Origin: Nitrospirota bacterium
Lineage (GTDB): Bacteria; Nitrospirota; Nitrospiria; JACQBZ01
Assembly: GCA_016201865.1 (NCBI GenBank)
Contig: JACQCA010000066.1
Span: 14,867 to 78,866, forward strand
DNA length: 64,000 bases
Direction: 5' to 3'
In this document: in pieces, positions 26,607 through 35,454 of the stretch
Numbering within the stretch: the first letter of the stretch is position 1
How the letters are laid out: the number at the start of each line of letters is the position of its first letter
The notes under the pieces: model-generated
Told to the model about the DNA's origin: nothing
The model's input: only the letters and a program-made list of their open reading frames with translations
The model's database searches: none
Made by a program: the position numbers and the translations under genes

Positions 26607-27044
26607 TCAGGGACCCGAACGCGACTCAACAGCTCGTATCTCTCGACTGTATCTCTCCTTATCGAGGGGAGTATAGATCTCTTCCAGGTACCCCCCCTGG
26701 ACTTCCTTCTCCTCCGATAACAACGGGTCCGGTTCCGTTCCCGGGAGAAGACACCCGTTCTTGAATTCACAGACGACCGTAGATAGGACCGGGTCCTTCC
26801 AGGGCAGCGAATCGTTCATCTGGGGTCGTTCGACCGTCCCGACGATCTCGGTCTCCAAAAGCTTCAGCGACCCTAGAACATCTCTGAACTTTCCGGTGAT
26901 CTCGGTTTCCTTGAGCTGGAGCGGTCCGCGGTTCCGCTCGGGCACCTTGGAATCCTGGGCCTGCGTCGAGCCGAGACCGTTCAGCGATCCGGTCACGGCG
27001 ATGACGATGACGATCCGCTTGATGTTAGGGTTGTCCAACCACAT
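26607..27044 (-). CDS. Small exported protein, GltF-like by position and motif
   Basis: Signal peptide; ETEIVGTVERPQMNDSLPWKDP resembles the small conserved protein found between the TPR genes and exbB in such clusters. Confidence 0.6.
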   Translation of the reverse strand: MWLDNPNIKRIVIVIAVTGSLNGLGSTQAQDSKVPERNRGPLQLKETEITGKFRDVLGSLKLLETEIVGTVERPQMNDSLPWKDPVLSTVVCEFKNGCLLPGTEPDPLLSEEKEVQGGYLEEIYTPLDKERYSREIRAVESRSGP

Positions 27045-27732
27045 TCGCCGCTCCATGCGCCGTTCTCTGCTCGAGATCGGCGATCCAGATATCCACAGTC
27101 TGATTTTTGCCGGCCAAGGCTTCATAGTTCTGATAGTAACGCACCGCTTCTTTTGGCTGATTCAGGTAGAGATCGTACAGCACGCCCAAGTTGTAGTAAA
27201 CCGGCGCGAACTTCGGATTCAACGCCATCGCCTTCCGATAAATCTTCTCGGCCTTTTGAAAATCCCCCTGCTCTCGATACGCGATGGCGAGATTGTTATA
27301 CAGTTCGGGGAAGACGGGCCGCGCCGGAGACGCCTCCGGGGCCCGTTCCGAAAGAGCGATCGCCTTTTGATACTCGTCGATGGCTTTGTCCAACATTCCT
27401 CTCCGCCGGTAAAGGATCCCCAGTGTGTTGTGCAGATCGATCCGATCGGGATGGGAAGCCACCAACGGCTCCAGCGCCGACTGGGCGTTTTCGAGCTGCC
27501 CTTGATCGAGATAAGAGAGCGCCTGCCGATAGCCGGCTTGAAGTCCTCCGTCCATTGCTGTTGAACCGGTCGTCTTCGTGGGGGATCCCGCGACCGCCTG
27601 CCCCTTCGTCGCGGACCCTTCCGGGCGAGGGACGGATGCGCAACCGAAGATCAAACCCGTCAGCAGCCACCACAACGCCGCCCGACGGGCGATGGCCGTT
27701 CCCATGCGTGTCCATCGATCCGCGCGGTTCAT
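27025..27732 (-). CDS. TPR lipoprotein (GltE/AglT-like)
   Basis: LIFGC lipobox; three TPRs (HNTLGILYR, YNNLAIAYR, YYNLGVLYDLYL); ends VDIWIADLEQR. Confidence 0.8.
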   Translation of the reverse strand: MNRADRWTRMGTAIARRAALWWLLTGLIFGCASVPRPEGSATKGQAVAGSPTKTTGSTAMDGGLQAGYRQALSYLDQGQLENAQSALEPLVASHPDRIDLHNTLGILYRRRGMLDKAIDEYQKAIALSERAPEASPARPVFPELYNNLAIAYREQGDFQKAEKIYRKAMALNPKFAPVYYNLGVLYDLYLNQPKEAVRYYQNYEALAGKNQTVDIWIADLEQRTAHGAANVVGQP

Positions 27733-30700
27733 GGGGTTAAAACCAGCTCCCGAGGGATGACCTCGTCCAGTTCCCGCTTCCGGTACCGAGCCGGCATGAG
27801 CCTCGCCAGATCGTCGTAGCTCTGCTTGATCCAGGGATCATACAACCCCAGTTGTTGGGCCCGATGGACATTGCTTTCATAAGCTGCGATGGCTTTTTCC
27901 TCGAAGGGAAAGGCCTGCTCCTCAATCAAGAAATTATACTGTTCCAGCTGCTGCGGAGTCAAATCCGCCGGACGTTCCGATTCCAGCAACGCGTTTCGAA
28001 ATTTTTCAAACACCACCCCGATCTTTTGAGTCGCGGCCGTTGTGACCTCGGCCACGCTGAACTCGGTCGCTTGGGCGTACCCTTCCAGAACCTCCTTTAA
28101 CAATTTTTTCTTTTTGGCCAGGTTTTTTTCCAGCGGCGATACCAGCTTCACCTCGTCGAACTGGATCAGGAGTTCATCGGCCATTAGAAGATGGGCCTTG
28201 GCCACATAGTAGCCCGCCGGCGATGCAGCCGCATCGCCTCGCCCGTACCGGTCAATGAGCGTTTGGAGAATCGGCTGGGCTTCCTGCCGACGGCCTTCTT
28301 GGAGCTTGGCCCATGCCAGCTTGAACGTGGTTTCCACAACCTGCTCATACTCGCCCGGGTATTGATCCAGATAGGTCTGGTACACCGCCCCGGCCTTCAT
28401 CCAGTCGCCCAGTTGTTCGTAAAGCCGACTGGCGGCTAACAAAGCCTCTCCGGTCGTCTTGCGATCAACGCCTAATTTTACCACAGATTCGTATCCTTTG
28501 GCTGCCTCTCTCAGGCGGCCGCTCCGCTCATGGATCTTGGCCACCTGGATCGCCGCATGGGGACCGTAGGTTGACGATGGATACTCCTGCAACAAGATCG
28601 TAAACGCCTTGAACGCTCCTTCCGAGTCATCGCGAAGCTGTGCGGTATTACCGGCGTCGAACAACGCCACCGGCGCGATCTCGCTTTCCGGCACTTCGGC
28701 CTGGACCTTCAGGAACCCGGCCTGCGCCTCGGTCTGCTTTCCGGCCGTCTTCAGACCTTCGGCCTGTTTGTATAACGAGGATGCCCACAACCGCTTCAGT
28801 TCTTCGCGCTCCTGATTCTTTGCCGAAATCTCATCCTGCGCCAATTTTCGGTAGACGGCCGCCGCCTGCTCGTACGCACGCTCTTCGAAATAATGATCCG
28901 CAATGAGCCGTTCCGAACGATAGGACAGATCCACTTTGGAAGCCGTCTGGAGCCCCTTGACCTTCTCGGCCAAGTCCTGGGCTTCCGTCACCTTTCCGGA
29001 CGCGAGGAGGGTTCGTCCCACCTGCAACAACACCTCCGGAACCTTTTCGCTCAAGGGATGGTTCGGGTACCGTTGCAGTTGCATCTGAAACAGTTGCAGC
29101 GCTTCATCCAACTGGTTTCGGAGCAGGGCCGCGCTTCCACCGTCGAACAATGCGACCGGGGCGATTTCACTCCCCGGCACTTCCAAATAGACCTTCATGA
29201 ATTCCATCTGCGCTTCCCGCAGATTCCCCTCGGCCTTGAACTCTTCGCCCCGTTTGTACAACGATGTGGCCCACAACCGCCGGAGATCCTCGTCGTCCCC
29301 GACCACTCCGCCCGTTTGCGTCAATTGTTCATAGGCCGCCGCCGCCTGCTCGTACGCATGCTCTTCGAAGTAAGCGTTCCCAATCATTCGCTGGGCCTTG
29401 AGCGAGGGGCTATCCGTCGGAAGAGAGGCCTTGACGATCGCCTCCGCCATCGAACGGGCCGCCGGGAAGTTTCCCGCATGGTAGTAGGTCTCGGCCCCCT
29501 TCCAAAGGACATCCATCACGCGGGAATCGTTCGGAAAGGCCTCCGCAAATCGTTTGCAATTCCGCGCAAGCTTCAGCACCGTCGGACTGATCGTGGGATC
29601 CTGACGTCCCTGACCGATGATCTTATCCAGCGTCACGATGGCGGCGTACCCCGATTCGGCGCTGTCTTGATGAAGGGGATATTCGTAAGCGGTGCGTTCG
29701 TATTCAGCCACGGCCTCGGGGTAGCGTCGAAGCTCAAACAGGCCCTCGGCCGAGAGAAAATTGATTCGCGCAGCTTCCGGCTCTTTTGGAAAGGACTTCA
29801 GGTACCGCCGATACCAGGTGAGCGCTCTCTCGTAATCCGGCGCTCGTCGAGTCTGCTGGGCCTCGGAGTGGTAGAACAGGGCCATCTGGCTGATTAATTG
29901 CCGCGTCATGGGTCGCGCCCGGTTCCGACTCGGGGGTGTCGCCTTCTGGTACCAGACGCTCTCATCGCCGAAACGCTCCACAAAGCTGATGCGTGCGCGA
30001 TTGGCCAGATCCACCAATTTCAACCGTTGATAGGCCTCAATGATGTCCATCTGGACCATCGGCGCCTCCTCATGGAACGGATAAGTTTTGATAAACGTTT
30101 CGTAGGCCCCCACCGCGTCCTGCACCCGTTTCTGGGCCATATACAAATCGCCCTGTTTCCGATAAATGAGATCCTCATAGTCCCGATGTCCCGCTTTTTC
30201 GAAATAATCCTGAATCTTGGTCGGCGGACCGAGGTACGAAAATGCAAAGGCCAGGCCGCGGATGATCTCCATGATCTGGTCCCATTCAGTGGCCGACATC
30301 GACCTCGGATCCAGTCGCGGCGGGTTGCTTCCCCTCGCGACGCGTTTTCGATCCACCAGACGGGTGAATATTCCTGCCGCTCTCTCATATTCTTGAAGCG
30401 AAAAATAAGACCACCCCAGTTTGTACAAAGCGCGCTCAATCAGATCGGGGTCTTTGGAATTGATCACCTTTTGATACGCCTCCGCCGCCTGCCGGTACTG
30501 GTTCGAGTCGTAATATGTTTCGGCCAAACGGAAGACCGCTTCCAGGCTCAACGGACTCGGCGGATAATGGTCCGCCATTCGTCGCAGCACGGCCATCTCC
30601 TGTTCCGTGTCGCCCTCGTCTTCATAAACATGGGCCAATTGGTACAGCACCAAGTCATTTTCAGGTCGGTTGGGGTAGAGGGTCAACAATTTTTCGTAAA

Positions 30701-31130
30701 TCTTTCTGGAACGCGCATGGTCGATTCTGGGAGGAGCCGGCTTCTGGACCGAACGACCCTGCTGGATGAGGTTGAGTTGCTGGTTATATCGGAACAGCTC
30801 CTGACGATACATCTGCTCCTCGAACTTTCGGTACAGATCGGCGAGTTGATGCATCGTCTTCGCCTTCAGTTCGCTCTTTTCTCCGGAATCGTCGAACAGG
30901 CTGCCCTGTTGTGTCCCCATGGTGTTTAAGACGGACTCCTTCGCAATCGGAGCCGATTGGTCTTCCATCACCTCGGTGACGACGGCGTTGATCTTCTTTT
31001 CGTCCAGGACATCCGGTTGCCGGTACAGGTCACACCCGCCCAGGCCGATCCAAACGGCCGCGGCGGCGAGAATCATGCCCTTCTTGACCACCGGGGCGGC
31101 GTCCGGATTTCTTTTAGGGTGCCGTACCAT
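27729..31130 (-). CDS. Large TPR lipoprotein (GltD/AgmU-like)
   Basis: LGGC lipobox; many TPRs; C-terminal LEEQAFPFEEKAIAAYE-like motif (IEEQAFPFEEKAIAAYESN...PWIKQSYDDL); start at ATG 31130 (SD CAGGA) or 31076. Confidence 0.8.
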   Translation of the reverse strand: MVRHPKRNPDAAPVVKKGMILAAAAVWIGLGGCDLYRQPDVLDEKKINAVVTEVMEDQSAPIAKESVLNTMGTQQGSLFDDSGEKSELKAKTMHQLADLYRKFEEQMYRQELFRYNQQLNLIQQGRSVQKPAPPRIDHARSRKIYEKLLTLYPNRPENDLVLYQLAHVYEDEGDTEQEMAVLRRMADHYPPSPLSLEAVFRLAETYYDSNQYRQAAEAYQKVINSKDPDLIERALYKLGWSYFSLQEYERAAGIFTRLVDRKRVARGSNPPRLDPRSMSATEWDQIMEIIRGLAFAFSYLGPPTKIQDYFEKAGHRDYEDLIYRKQGDLYMAQKRVQDAVGAYETFIKTYPFHEEAPMVQMDIIEAYQRLKLVDLANRARISFVERFGDESVWYQKATPPSRNRARPMTRQLISQMALFYHSEAQQTRRAPDYERALTWYRRYLKSFPKEPEAARINFLSAEGLFELRRYPEAVAEYERTAYEYPLHQDSAESGYAAIVTLDKIIGQGRQDPTISPTVLKLARNCKRFAEAFPNDSRVMDVLWKGAETYYHAGNFPAARSMAEAIVKASLPTDSPSLKAQRMIGNAYFEEHAYEQAAAAYEQLTQTGGVVGDDEDLRRLWATSLYKRGEEFKAEGNLREAQMEFMKVYLEVPGSEIAPVALFDGGSAALLRNQLDEALQLFQMQLQRYPNHPLSEKVPEVLLQVGRTLLASGKVTEAQDLAEKVKGLQTASKVDLSYRSERLIADHYFEERAYEQAAAVYRKLAQDEISAKNQEREELKRLWASSLYKQAEGLKTAGKQTEAQAGFLKVQAEVPESEIAPVALFDAGNTAQLRDDSEGAFKAFTILLQEYPSSTYGPHAAIQVAKIHERSGRLREAAKGYESVVKLGVDRKTTGEALLAASRLYEQLGDWMKAGAVYQTYLDQYPGEYEQVVETTFKLAWAKLQEGRRQEAQPILQTLIDRYGRGDAAASPAGYYVAKAHLLMADELLIQFDEVKLVSPLEKNLAKKKKLLKEVLEGYAQATEFSVAEVTTAATQKIGVVFEKFRNALLESERPADLTPQQLEQYNFLIEEQAFPFEEKAIAAYESNVHRAQQLGLYDPWIKQSYDDLARLMPARYRKRELDEVIPRELVLTP

Positions 31131-32664
31131 AATCCTGCATGAGTATCGTGTTCTTCGCAATTCCGACATTGGCCCGTACCACCAGATCATCAATCTGTTT
31201 TATCCTGATCGAGAGATGATCGGTCGCCGCGGTTTTCAGCAACTCATTGATGTTCCGTCGAATGTCCTTCAACCGGGCTTGGATCGGCTCCCACACCGTC
31301 CCATCGACCGGATCGCCGGTCGGGTTATTTGGGTCATTCGTTTGTAGAAATTTTTGAGCGATCTGCTCTTCCAGCCGCGCCCCGTCGGCGTAGAGATCTA
31401 TCAGCTCCGGAAAGTCCCGTTCCAGGACCAGATCCGGCCGTGAAGAAAACGCGGGCGATGGTTTTTCCATCGAGGCCGACCCCGGTTTTAGGAGCAGATT
31501 CTCCGCGCCTTCGGCTTGAATCTTCTGGATCCGCTTCTTCAGGTTCTCTCTCTCGGCCGCATACGTCTGCAGCGCGCTTTGGTAACTGTCCACCGATCGG
31601 CGATAGGCATTCATTTTGGCATAACAGCTCCCGACATAAAGACGCGCCTCAAGGCCGTACGGATGGGTCGGAGCCTGCTCGATCAGATCCCGAAAAATGA
31701 CGATGGCCTTGACGCACTTCTCCATCCCCAAATAGGCCCTGCCGATCCCGGATCGTGCCTCGGGCCAGTATTGACTCTGGGAAGGTATGGCTTCAAAGAG
31801 GACGGCTGCCTCCTTATATCTTTTCCGTTCAAGAAAGGCGAATCCCAAGGTGACGCGCGTCTTGTTGACCAGTTCCCGTAGAACCGGATCCTCTCTCGTG
31901 TTTAAGGCCATCAGCTTCTCAAACGGCACGGGGGTTGAAGATCCGGTCTCCACTATTTTAAGATCGGCAAGTCCCATCGAATAGAGGGCATAAGGGTAGT
32001 CGTCGCTCCCTCTCCCAATCTTATTGAGGAGCTCGGTCGCTTTCCGGTATTCTTTCAAATACAGATAACTGTTCCCGGCCAGGTAAACCGCCTCGTTCCA
32101 AGATGGCCATTGGCTTGATTCCGGGGTTTTAATTTTAAAGAAGGCGCCCAAGGCCTGTGGATAATCGCCTCGGCGATAATACAGTTTTTCCAATTGAAAC
32201 CAGGCCTCGGTTGCGATCGACTCGCGACGCGTCCGGACCGCAAGATCTTTTAAGGTGCGTTCCACTTGGACAACCAATCGCGAGCGAACAAGCTGTTCCG
32301 CAAGCCGCAGCTGCATCTCGTCCGATGAAAGACGACCGGGTTCCGCCGGGGTCTTCCCCTGATCCGCCGCCTGTTCCAGGTCCTTCATCAACACCGCAAT
32401 CGTTTGAAGGTCCGTCTCTGCCCGGGGCCGATTCGACGCCTTCCGGACCGCTTCAGCGGACTGATCCATGTGAATGATGTCCATCTTCACCAAGGAGAGC
32501 TTCTCCTCAACCCGGCGGAGCTGTCCCTGAAAAGGAGTCGCGGTCGGCTCCGCTTGAGCCGAAGCGGCGATCGAGACAATGAACAGAAAACCGCAGACGG
32601 CACGGCCTGCTCGGCGATGTCCGACCCCTGGAGGGGTTCTGCGCGACTGATTTTGACGGTTCAT
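31114..32664 (-). CDS. Exported TPR/coiled-coil protein (GltC-like)
   Basis: Signal peptide ending ASAQA, TPR block in the middle, coiled-coil ends; start reassigned to ATG 32664. Confidence 0.7.
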   Translation of the reverse strand: MNRQNQSRRTPPGVGHRRAGRAVCGFLFIVSIAASAQAEPTATPFQGQLRRVEEKLSLVKMDIIHMDQSAEAVRKASNRPRAETDLQTIAVLMKDLEQAADQGKTPAEPGRLSSDEMQLRLAEQLVRSRLVVQVERTLKDLAVRTRRESIATEAWFQLEKLYYRRGDYPQALGAFFKIKTPESSQWPSWNEAVYLAGNSYLYLKEYRKATELLNKIGRGSDDYPYALYSMGLADLKIVETGSSTPVPFEKLMALNTREDPVLRELVNKTRVTLGFAFLERKRYKEAAVLFEAIPSQSQYWPEARSGIGRAYLGMEKCVKAIVIFRDLIEQAPTHPYGLEARLYVGSCYAKMNAYRRSVDSYQSALQTYAAERENLKKRIQKIQAEGAENLLLKPGSASMEKPSPAFSSRPDLVLERDFPELIDLYADGARLEEQIAQKFLQTNDPNNPTGDPVDGTVWEPIQARLKDIRRNINELLKTAATDHLSIRIKQIDDLVVRANVGIAKNTILMQDYGTAP

Positions 32665-32785
32665 AGATCCATGCAAAGTATGAATTTCATGACCACGAAA
32701 CGGGAATCGGCATCCATCGACCGCGCACGGCCGAGAGGACCCCGCAACCTGTCGCGATTCACTCGGAATGGCCGGCGAGGCGCCA

Positions 32786-34099
32786 TCAAACCGTTTTCGT
32801 TCCCCTTCCCACACCGACGTACCGAAAACCGGCCTGGCGCATGTGCGGTTCATCATAGACATTTCGAAGGTCGATAAAGACGGGGTTGCGAAGCGCTCGG
32901 CGCAGCCGGTCCAGATCGAGGTTGCGGAATTGATTCCATTCAGTCAACAGGACCACGGCATCGGCGCCGCGCGCCGCCTCATAGGCGTCGTCGCAACAGA
33001 CGATTTCCTTCAATACCTTCCGGGCCTCGGACATCGCCGCCGGATCATGGACCCGAATCTTTGCGCCCGCTCCCAACAGGGCCTGAACGATTTCGATCGC
33101 CGGCGATTCCCGGATGTCGTCCGTATTGGGCTTAAAGGCCAATCCGAGAACGGCCAGCGTCTTCTTCTCCAGCCCGCCCAGAGCCTGCCGGATTTTTTCG
33201 ACCATCACGACCCGCTGCTTTGTATTCACCCGAACGACGGCGTTGAGCAGCTCCAGATCGCGGCCATGTTCCTTGGCCATCTGAATCAGGGCCATCGTGT
33301 CTTTCGGCAGGCAGGAGCCGCCGTAACCGGGTCCGGGATGGAGAAACTTCGGGCCGATCCGGCCGTCCAAGCCCATCCCCTTGGCCACTTGATGCACATC
33401 CGCTCCGACCTTTTCACAGAGGTTGGCCATCTCGTTGATAAACGAGATCTTCGTCGCCAGAAAGGCATTGGAGGCATACTTGATCATCTCGGCCGTGGCG
33501 ACGTCCGTTACAATGAACGGCGTCTCGATCAAGTAAAGCGGCCGGTAGAGATCTTTCATGATCGCAACCGCTTGTTGGCTGCCGGTCCCGATCACGACGC
33601 GATTGGGCCTTAAGAAATCCTCAATCGCCGAGCCTTCGCGCAGAAATTCCGGATTCGAGACGATATCAAAATCCACCTGTTCCTTGAGGCTCCGCCCGAT
33701 GATCTTCCGGAGCCGCTCGCCTGTCCCGACCGGAACGGTGCTCTTTGTGACGATCACTTTGTATCCGTCGAGGTGCTGCGCGATCGTCTCGGCAACATCT
33801 TCGACGTACGCCAGATTGGCCGATCCGTCTCCCCGCGGGGGCGTCCCGACGGCGATAAAAACGGCCAACGCTCCTCGAATGGCCGCCGCAATATCCGTGG
33901 TAAACTGGAGCCGGCCCGCCGTCGAATTTTTCCCGACCAGCTCCCTTAAACCTGGTTCATAAATCGGGATCAGGCCTTTTTGGAGAGCCGTAATCTTCTC
34001 CTGATCTTTGTCTGCACAGGTGACGTGGACTCCAAGCTCGGCAAAACACGCGCCGGTAACCAAGCCCACATACCCTGTACCAATGACCGCAACATTCAT
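32786..34099 (-). CDS. ugd: UDP-glucose 6-dehydrogenase
   Basis: MNVAVIGTGYVGL, KSTVPVGT, SNPEFLREG, KYASNAFLATKISF, GYGGSCLPKD, LAFKPNTDDIRES. Confidence 0.95.
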   Translation of the reverse strand: MNVAVIGTGYVGLVTGACFAELGVHVTCADKDQEKITALQKGLIPIYEPGLRELVGKNSTAGRLQFTTDIAAAIRGALAVFIAVGTPPRGDGSANLAYVEDVAETIAQHLDGYKVIVTKSTVPVGTGERLRKIIGRSLKEQVDFDIVSNPEFLREGSAIEDFLRPNRVVIGTGSQQAVAIMKDLYRPLYLIETPFIVTDVATAEMIKYASNAFLATKISFINEMANLCEKVGADVHQVAKGMGLDGRIGPKFLHPGPGYGGSCLPKDTMALIQMAKEHGRDLELLNAVVRVNTKQRVVMVEKIRQALGGLEKKTLAVLGLAFKPNTDDIRESPAIEIVQALLGAGAKIRVHDPAAMSEARKVLKEIVCCDDAYEAARGADAVVLLTEWNQFRNLDLDRLRRALRNPVFIDLRNVYDEPHMRQAGFRYVGVGRGTKTV

Positions 34100-34244
34100 C
34101 AGACGCTCCGCCTTTGTTTCGTTACAAAACGTAGGATACCATATCAGAAATCCCTGCGGCCTGGCAAGGAACGCTTGCACCGGCCGGCCGGAAGACCTAT
34201 ACTTGTATTAATTCCTTTTCCCCTATCGATGAAGGTGTTCCGTC

Positions 34245-34946
34245 ATGGATCCTAAACCCGGTTTTCTGTACATCGTCAGTACCCCGATCGGCCATCTTGA
34301 AGACATCACGTTGCGCGCCCTCCGGGTGCTGAAAGAGGTCTCCGTCGTGGCCGCCGAAGATACGCGCCATACCCAAAAGCTGTTTGCCCATTTTCAGATC
34401 CGGACGCCCTTGACCAGCTATCACGACCACAACAAGGAAGAGAAAACCCCCATCCTTCTCCAGCGCCTTAAAGACGGTCAGTCCGTCGCTCTCGTGGCCG
34501 ATGCCGGTACACCTACCATCTCGGATCCGGGCTATTATCTCATCAATCGTTGCATCCAAGCCGGAATCCCGCTTTCGCCGATTCCGGGTCCTTCGGCCTT
34601 TCTCGCCGCGTTAACGGTATCCGGTCTTCCCACAGATGCCTTCCTGTTCGAGGGCTTTCTGCCCAAAAAGCGGACCGGACGGCTCAAACACCTCGAAGCA
34701 TTAAGGGAAGAACCCCGAACGATCATTCTGTATGAATCTCCCCACCGCCTCACCCGTTGCCTCAACGATCTTCTCGCGGTTTTAGGCGATCGGCGGATCG
34801 TCATCGCCCGAGAACTGACCAAGATGTTTGAGGAGATCGTCCGCGGAAGGCTCTCTCAACTCATCCCTCGGATGGAAGGCCGGTCCCCCCGCGGAGAGAT
34901 CGCTCTGGTGATCGAGGGCTGCCGATCCATCACGCCGATGTGGTGA
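34245..34946 (+). CDS. rsmI: 16S rRNA C1402 2'-O-methyltransferase
   Basis: LYIVSTPIGHLEDITLRA, AEDTR, DAGTPTISDPG, FEGFLP, YESPHR, ARELTKMFEE. Confidence 0.95.
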   Translation: MDPKPGFLYIVSTPIGHLEDITLRALRVLKEVSVVAAEDTRHTQKLFAHFQIRTPLTSYHDHNKEEKTPILLQRLKDGQSVALVADAGTPTISDPGYYLINRCIQAGIPLSPIPGPSAFLAALTVSGLPTDAFLFEGFLPKKRTGRLKHLEALREEPRTIILYESPHRLTRCLNDLLAVLGDRRIVIARELTKMFEEIVRGRLSQLIPRMEGRSPRGEIALVIEGCRSITPMW

Positions 34947-34947
34947 T

Positions 34948-35454
34948 TCATTTCAGTTCACGCCTTTTCTTCTCGGCCTGCATATCCAGATCCAGCAGCC
35001 GCTGCAGATCGCTCCGGAGTTTTTCTTTCTCCGTCTTTAACGATTCCATCTGGGCCAAAAAATTCAACCAATTCTGGGCCCGGCTCTTCCAGGGGCTTTC
35101 GGGATATTTCTGGACGACCTGCTGAAAATCTCGAACCGCCGCCTCATAATCGGCCGACGCATTTTTGAAATAGATTTCGGTATAGGCGATGTTGTACTGC
35201 GCGTGATCCGCAAGATCGCCGTCCGGAAACCGGTTTACCACATACCGATATTCCTTGATGGCTTCGGCATACTTTCCGCCCTCGAAGAAGGCCTCGGCCT
35301 TCTTGAAATGCTCGGCCGGGGCCGTCGCCTCCTCCAGCGACGCCCAACCGGCACAGCCCGAGAAAAAAAGAAGGAGGCAGAGCCGCCCCATTCCCCAGAG
35401 CGGGAACCTCGGCCCAACCGCATCGAACAGAAAGCGCCCTTCCTTGATCCTCAA
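34948..35454 (-). CDS. TPR/BamD-like lipoprotein with C-terminal coiled coil
   Basis: LFFSGC lipobox; two helical repeats (AIKEYRYVVNRFP, FQQVVQKYPESPW); coiled tail LRSDLQRLLDLD; start overlaps the cyclase stop. Confidence 0.75.
   Translation of the reverse strand: MRIKEGRFLFDAVGPRFPLWGMGRLCLLLFFSGCAGWASLEEATAPAEHFKKAEAFFEGGKYAEAIKEYRYVVNRFPDGDLADHAQYNIAYTEIYFKNASADYEAAVRDFQQVVQKYPESPWKSRAQNWLNFLAQMESLKTEKEKLRSDLQRLLDLDMQAEKKRRELK

Noticed and set aside
32156-32164. Perfect DnaA box TGTGGATAA
   Set aside because: A single copy inside a coding sequence, about 22 kb from dnaA; expected by chance.
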